NCBI RefSeq assembly: GCF_000002075.1
Contig: NW_004797555.1
Location: forward strand, 327,439-391,438
Length of the DNA: 64,000 bases
DNA from: Aplysia californica
Taxonomy: Eukaryota
Direction of reading: 5' to 3'
Both the position numbers and the translations under genes were made by a program. Below the pieces are notes generated by a model. That model was given only the letters and a program-made list of their open reading frames with translations. It searched no databases and was not told the DNA's origin. This document shows, piece after piece, positions 61,621 through 64,000 of this stretch; positions within the stretch are counted from its first letter, which is position 1; the number at the start of each line of letters is the position of its first letter.

Positions 61621-62155
61621 GCTTTTCAACTCCACTTAGATTGGCTTTAATACAAGAACTGCTTGCCCGAAAAATTTCATTTATGTATGAAATTGAAGAA
61701 GAAACATTTTGCAATAACTATCTAAAACAATATCTTGACTTCCATTCCAAAGACACCTGATCTGAGCGTGCGATTGCGGGCATGTTTGGGTGGCGCATGT
61801 AGAGAAATTTACGGACGATCATGGGCCAGTTTCTGTGTTATGTATATATGCGTAATTTTTTTGCACGCAGTGTCAAAATAGCATTAAGTTTTTATGAGTG
61901 CCACAGTCTTTCAAATGAGTCTGATGTTCTCATTGGTCATTTTCTAGCTAGTCTTTGGTAAGTTTCGTGTCAAATGTCCTTGGGATAAGGGACAAATGTA
62001 ATGTGGATCAAATTGTGAGTACAAGTGAAAGATTATTTATCGTCCTTGTTTGTATTTCTTTAGCTAATTGGGGTGTATGTACCTCCATGCAGGTTTATTT
62101 AGAATCGGTTTTTCTCCTCCCTTCCCTTTCCCTTCTGGGAATTGTCTTTAACTAG

Positions 62156-62290
62156 GTGTCCAGAGATGGAGACTCCCAGGGTCGTAGTTCAGTGGAATTG
62201 TCTGGTAACAGAAACCAAATTTCTGATGCCAAGAAGATGATTCAAGAAGCTGGTGTAGACATCATGAATGGAGATGGCCGTGGTTGGTGA
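62156..62290 (+). CDS. KH gene terminal exon (VSRDGDSQGRSSVELSGNRNQISDAKKMIQEAGVDIMNGDGRGW*)
   Basis: actag acceptor, completes KH2, TGA at 62288-62290; total CDS 669 nt (222 aa). Confidence 0.9.
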   Translation: MSRDGDSQGRSSVELSGNRNQISDAKKMIQEAGVDIMNGDGRGW

Positions 62291-62954
62291 AGTATTCTGC
62301 CGGTTTTCTTCGCGAGGACTTACGCAATTGAAAAAATAATTGTCTCCATGTCGTTTGTTGTGTTTTGGAACTAGTTTTTTTTTTTTTACTGATTGAAACT
62401 TGTGGATGAATAAGTTAAGATGCGTGAGTCGTCATTTTTTGAACAAGCCAGCTGTTTATTTTGTCCCTTAACCAGCTTTTTGAAAAGGGAAAAGTCGTAA
62501 ATCAAGTACATACTTGAAAGAGCTCACATACCAGTAACCCAGTGTCATGAGAATCATTGCTGTATATTGATTCACTGTATTTGATGTTTGCTGCAAAATT
62601 CAGCGCCCCAATATGAATTACAAATCACTGAATGTTGCATTTTGCAGAACTGAGAGGAGTGGAGAAAAGGACTCCAAGTATTAAAAATTCGCCCGTTTTG
62701 AAATCTTATGTGTATTTTTTTTATGCATTTATTTTCCCCCTCATTTTTAGAGATGCTCTTGTAATACTCACCAAATTGGTGGGTATCAAAGTCAATTCCA
62801 AAAGTATTGGTTGCTCTTGTGTTAGAACTGGGAATGCCATTCACACAAGACTTCATGCCTTTTCATTCATGTTTTTATTGACTTCTGAGTTTTTTAATCA
62901 AACATTGACATTCTTTTTTTTTTAATCATGTCTTTTTCATGCCAAGCATGTTTC

Positions 62955-62960
62955 AATAAA
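62955..62960 (+). terminator. Candidate polyadenylation signal of the KH gene
   Basis: AATAAA about 670 nt after the stop, with T-rich sequence downstream. Confidence 0.6.
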
Positions 62961-64000
62961 AGGTGACCATAGGTTGAATGTACCTCTTACTCAGTTTTTA
63001 TTTGTTACTTTAGCCATTCCCTATTTAAGAAGGGATGTACTATGTATGTTTCCATGTTGAAAAAGCCTCTCAAGCTATAAACCAGGCGATGTAGCGAGGC
63101 TTTGTTGTTGTTCCGTAATGACATCTACACTATCATTCAATTTTGGTATCCATCATATTTTTCTACCACGAGCGTTTGGGGGCATGAATAGCTTGAGAAC
63201 TGTACAGCCATGTAATGTACCAAAGAAAGCTGAAACAATACCCTGGGTTGCAGCTTGGCCGCTTCTGAACCTGTTTCGCAATACTAATATGGGCATTTTA
63301 TTTTTTTTCTCAAAGGTTACGGTCAGGATAATTGTCAGTCCATTAATGGATCCAGGAATTTTTCTAGCAATTCAGCAGGTAAATTTTCATGTTGTGTTTG
63401 TAGTTTTGTTTTTATTTACATATCAAGTGCTGAAGCCATAATCTGCAGTTATCTGAGTGGATCTATTCACATACGCCCAATTATTGTATATTTTGGATAC
63501 CATAAGTGAAAGATACGATTTGTGTCAATTATAATTATATCTTTCCATTCAACTATTAGCGGTGTTAGTCATATGAGGGTTGGCAACAAGTTTAAGTATT
63601 GTGATAGCTTGAGTTTTTCAAGTTCTATGTGATGATAAGCTGTGGCATGTTGCAAACAGGCCCCTTGCTCTCTTGTGTATTTATGTGGTCTTTAAAAGAA
63701 AAAAGTTTGGTAGGGCTGAACAAATTTTTTCTCTGCCGATGATTATTCAACACCTTTTGTGAACTTTATGTTCATCAGAAAAAAACCCAGGTTTTTAATT
63801 CACATACAGGGGTAAATTGGTTTTGACCAAGCTTTTCATTACGGGGCATGTTCCCATCAGGTCCATACCAGTACATTTAGAAGGGTTCTCTTGTTCTTTA
63901 TGTAATTGCTTGTAAAAGTAGAAATTAGCTCAGTTTTTTATGGATTGGTAGGTAATAACACATGACCCCAGTGTCAAGGTCCTACTCTGATCTAAGACAA

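Overview
Eukaryotic, AT-rich, intron-rich animal DNA from a draft assembly with several N gaps. The repeat landscape suggests a mollusc, possibly a gastropod (inference only). Three spliced genes can be rebuilt by hand. (1) The 3' part of a SMAP1/2 ArfGAP gene (+, coding exons 3211-25100; the ArfGAP domain lies upstream of the window). (2) A complete MRGBP/Eaf7 gene (-, 50494-39648, 4 coding exons, 217 aa). (3) A complete 222-aa gene encoding two DDX43-like KH domains, an RGG/GWG linker and no helicase (+, 48646-62290, 7 coding exons). MRGBP and the KH gene are interleaved head-to-head: the first coding exon of each sits in intron 1 of the other. Mobile elements include an integrase-less Mag-type gypsy element whose visible LTR sequence is identical, a decayed Academ (XPG-type) transposon nested with a second MITE inside a Sola1-like MITE just downstream of the MRGBP stop, and a hAT remnant. 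Also present are RTE 3' fragments, piggyBac- and Tc1-type MITEs, tRNA-headed SINEs, and 11 copies of a ~180-bp retroposon with no tRNA head whose 3' stem-loop shows compensatory base changes. Most ORFs in the supplied track are shadows of repeats or low-complexity sequence.
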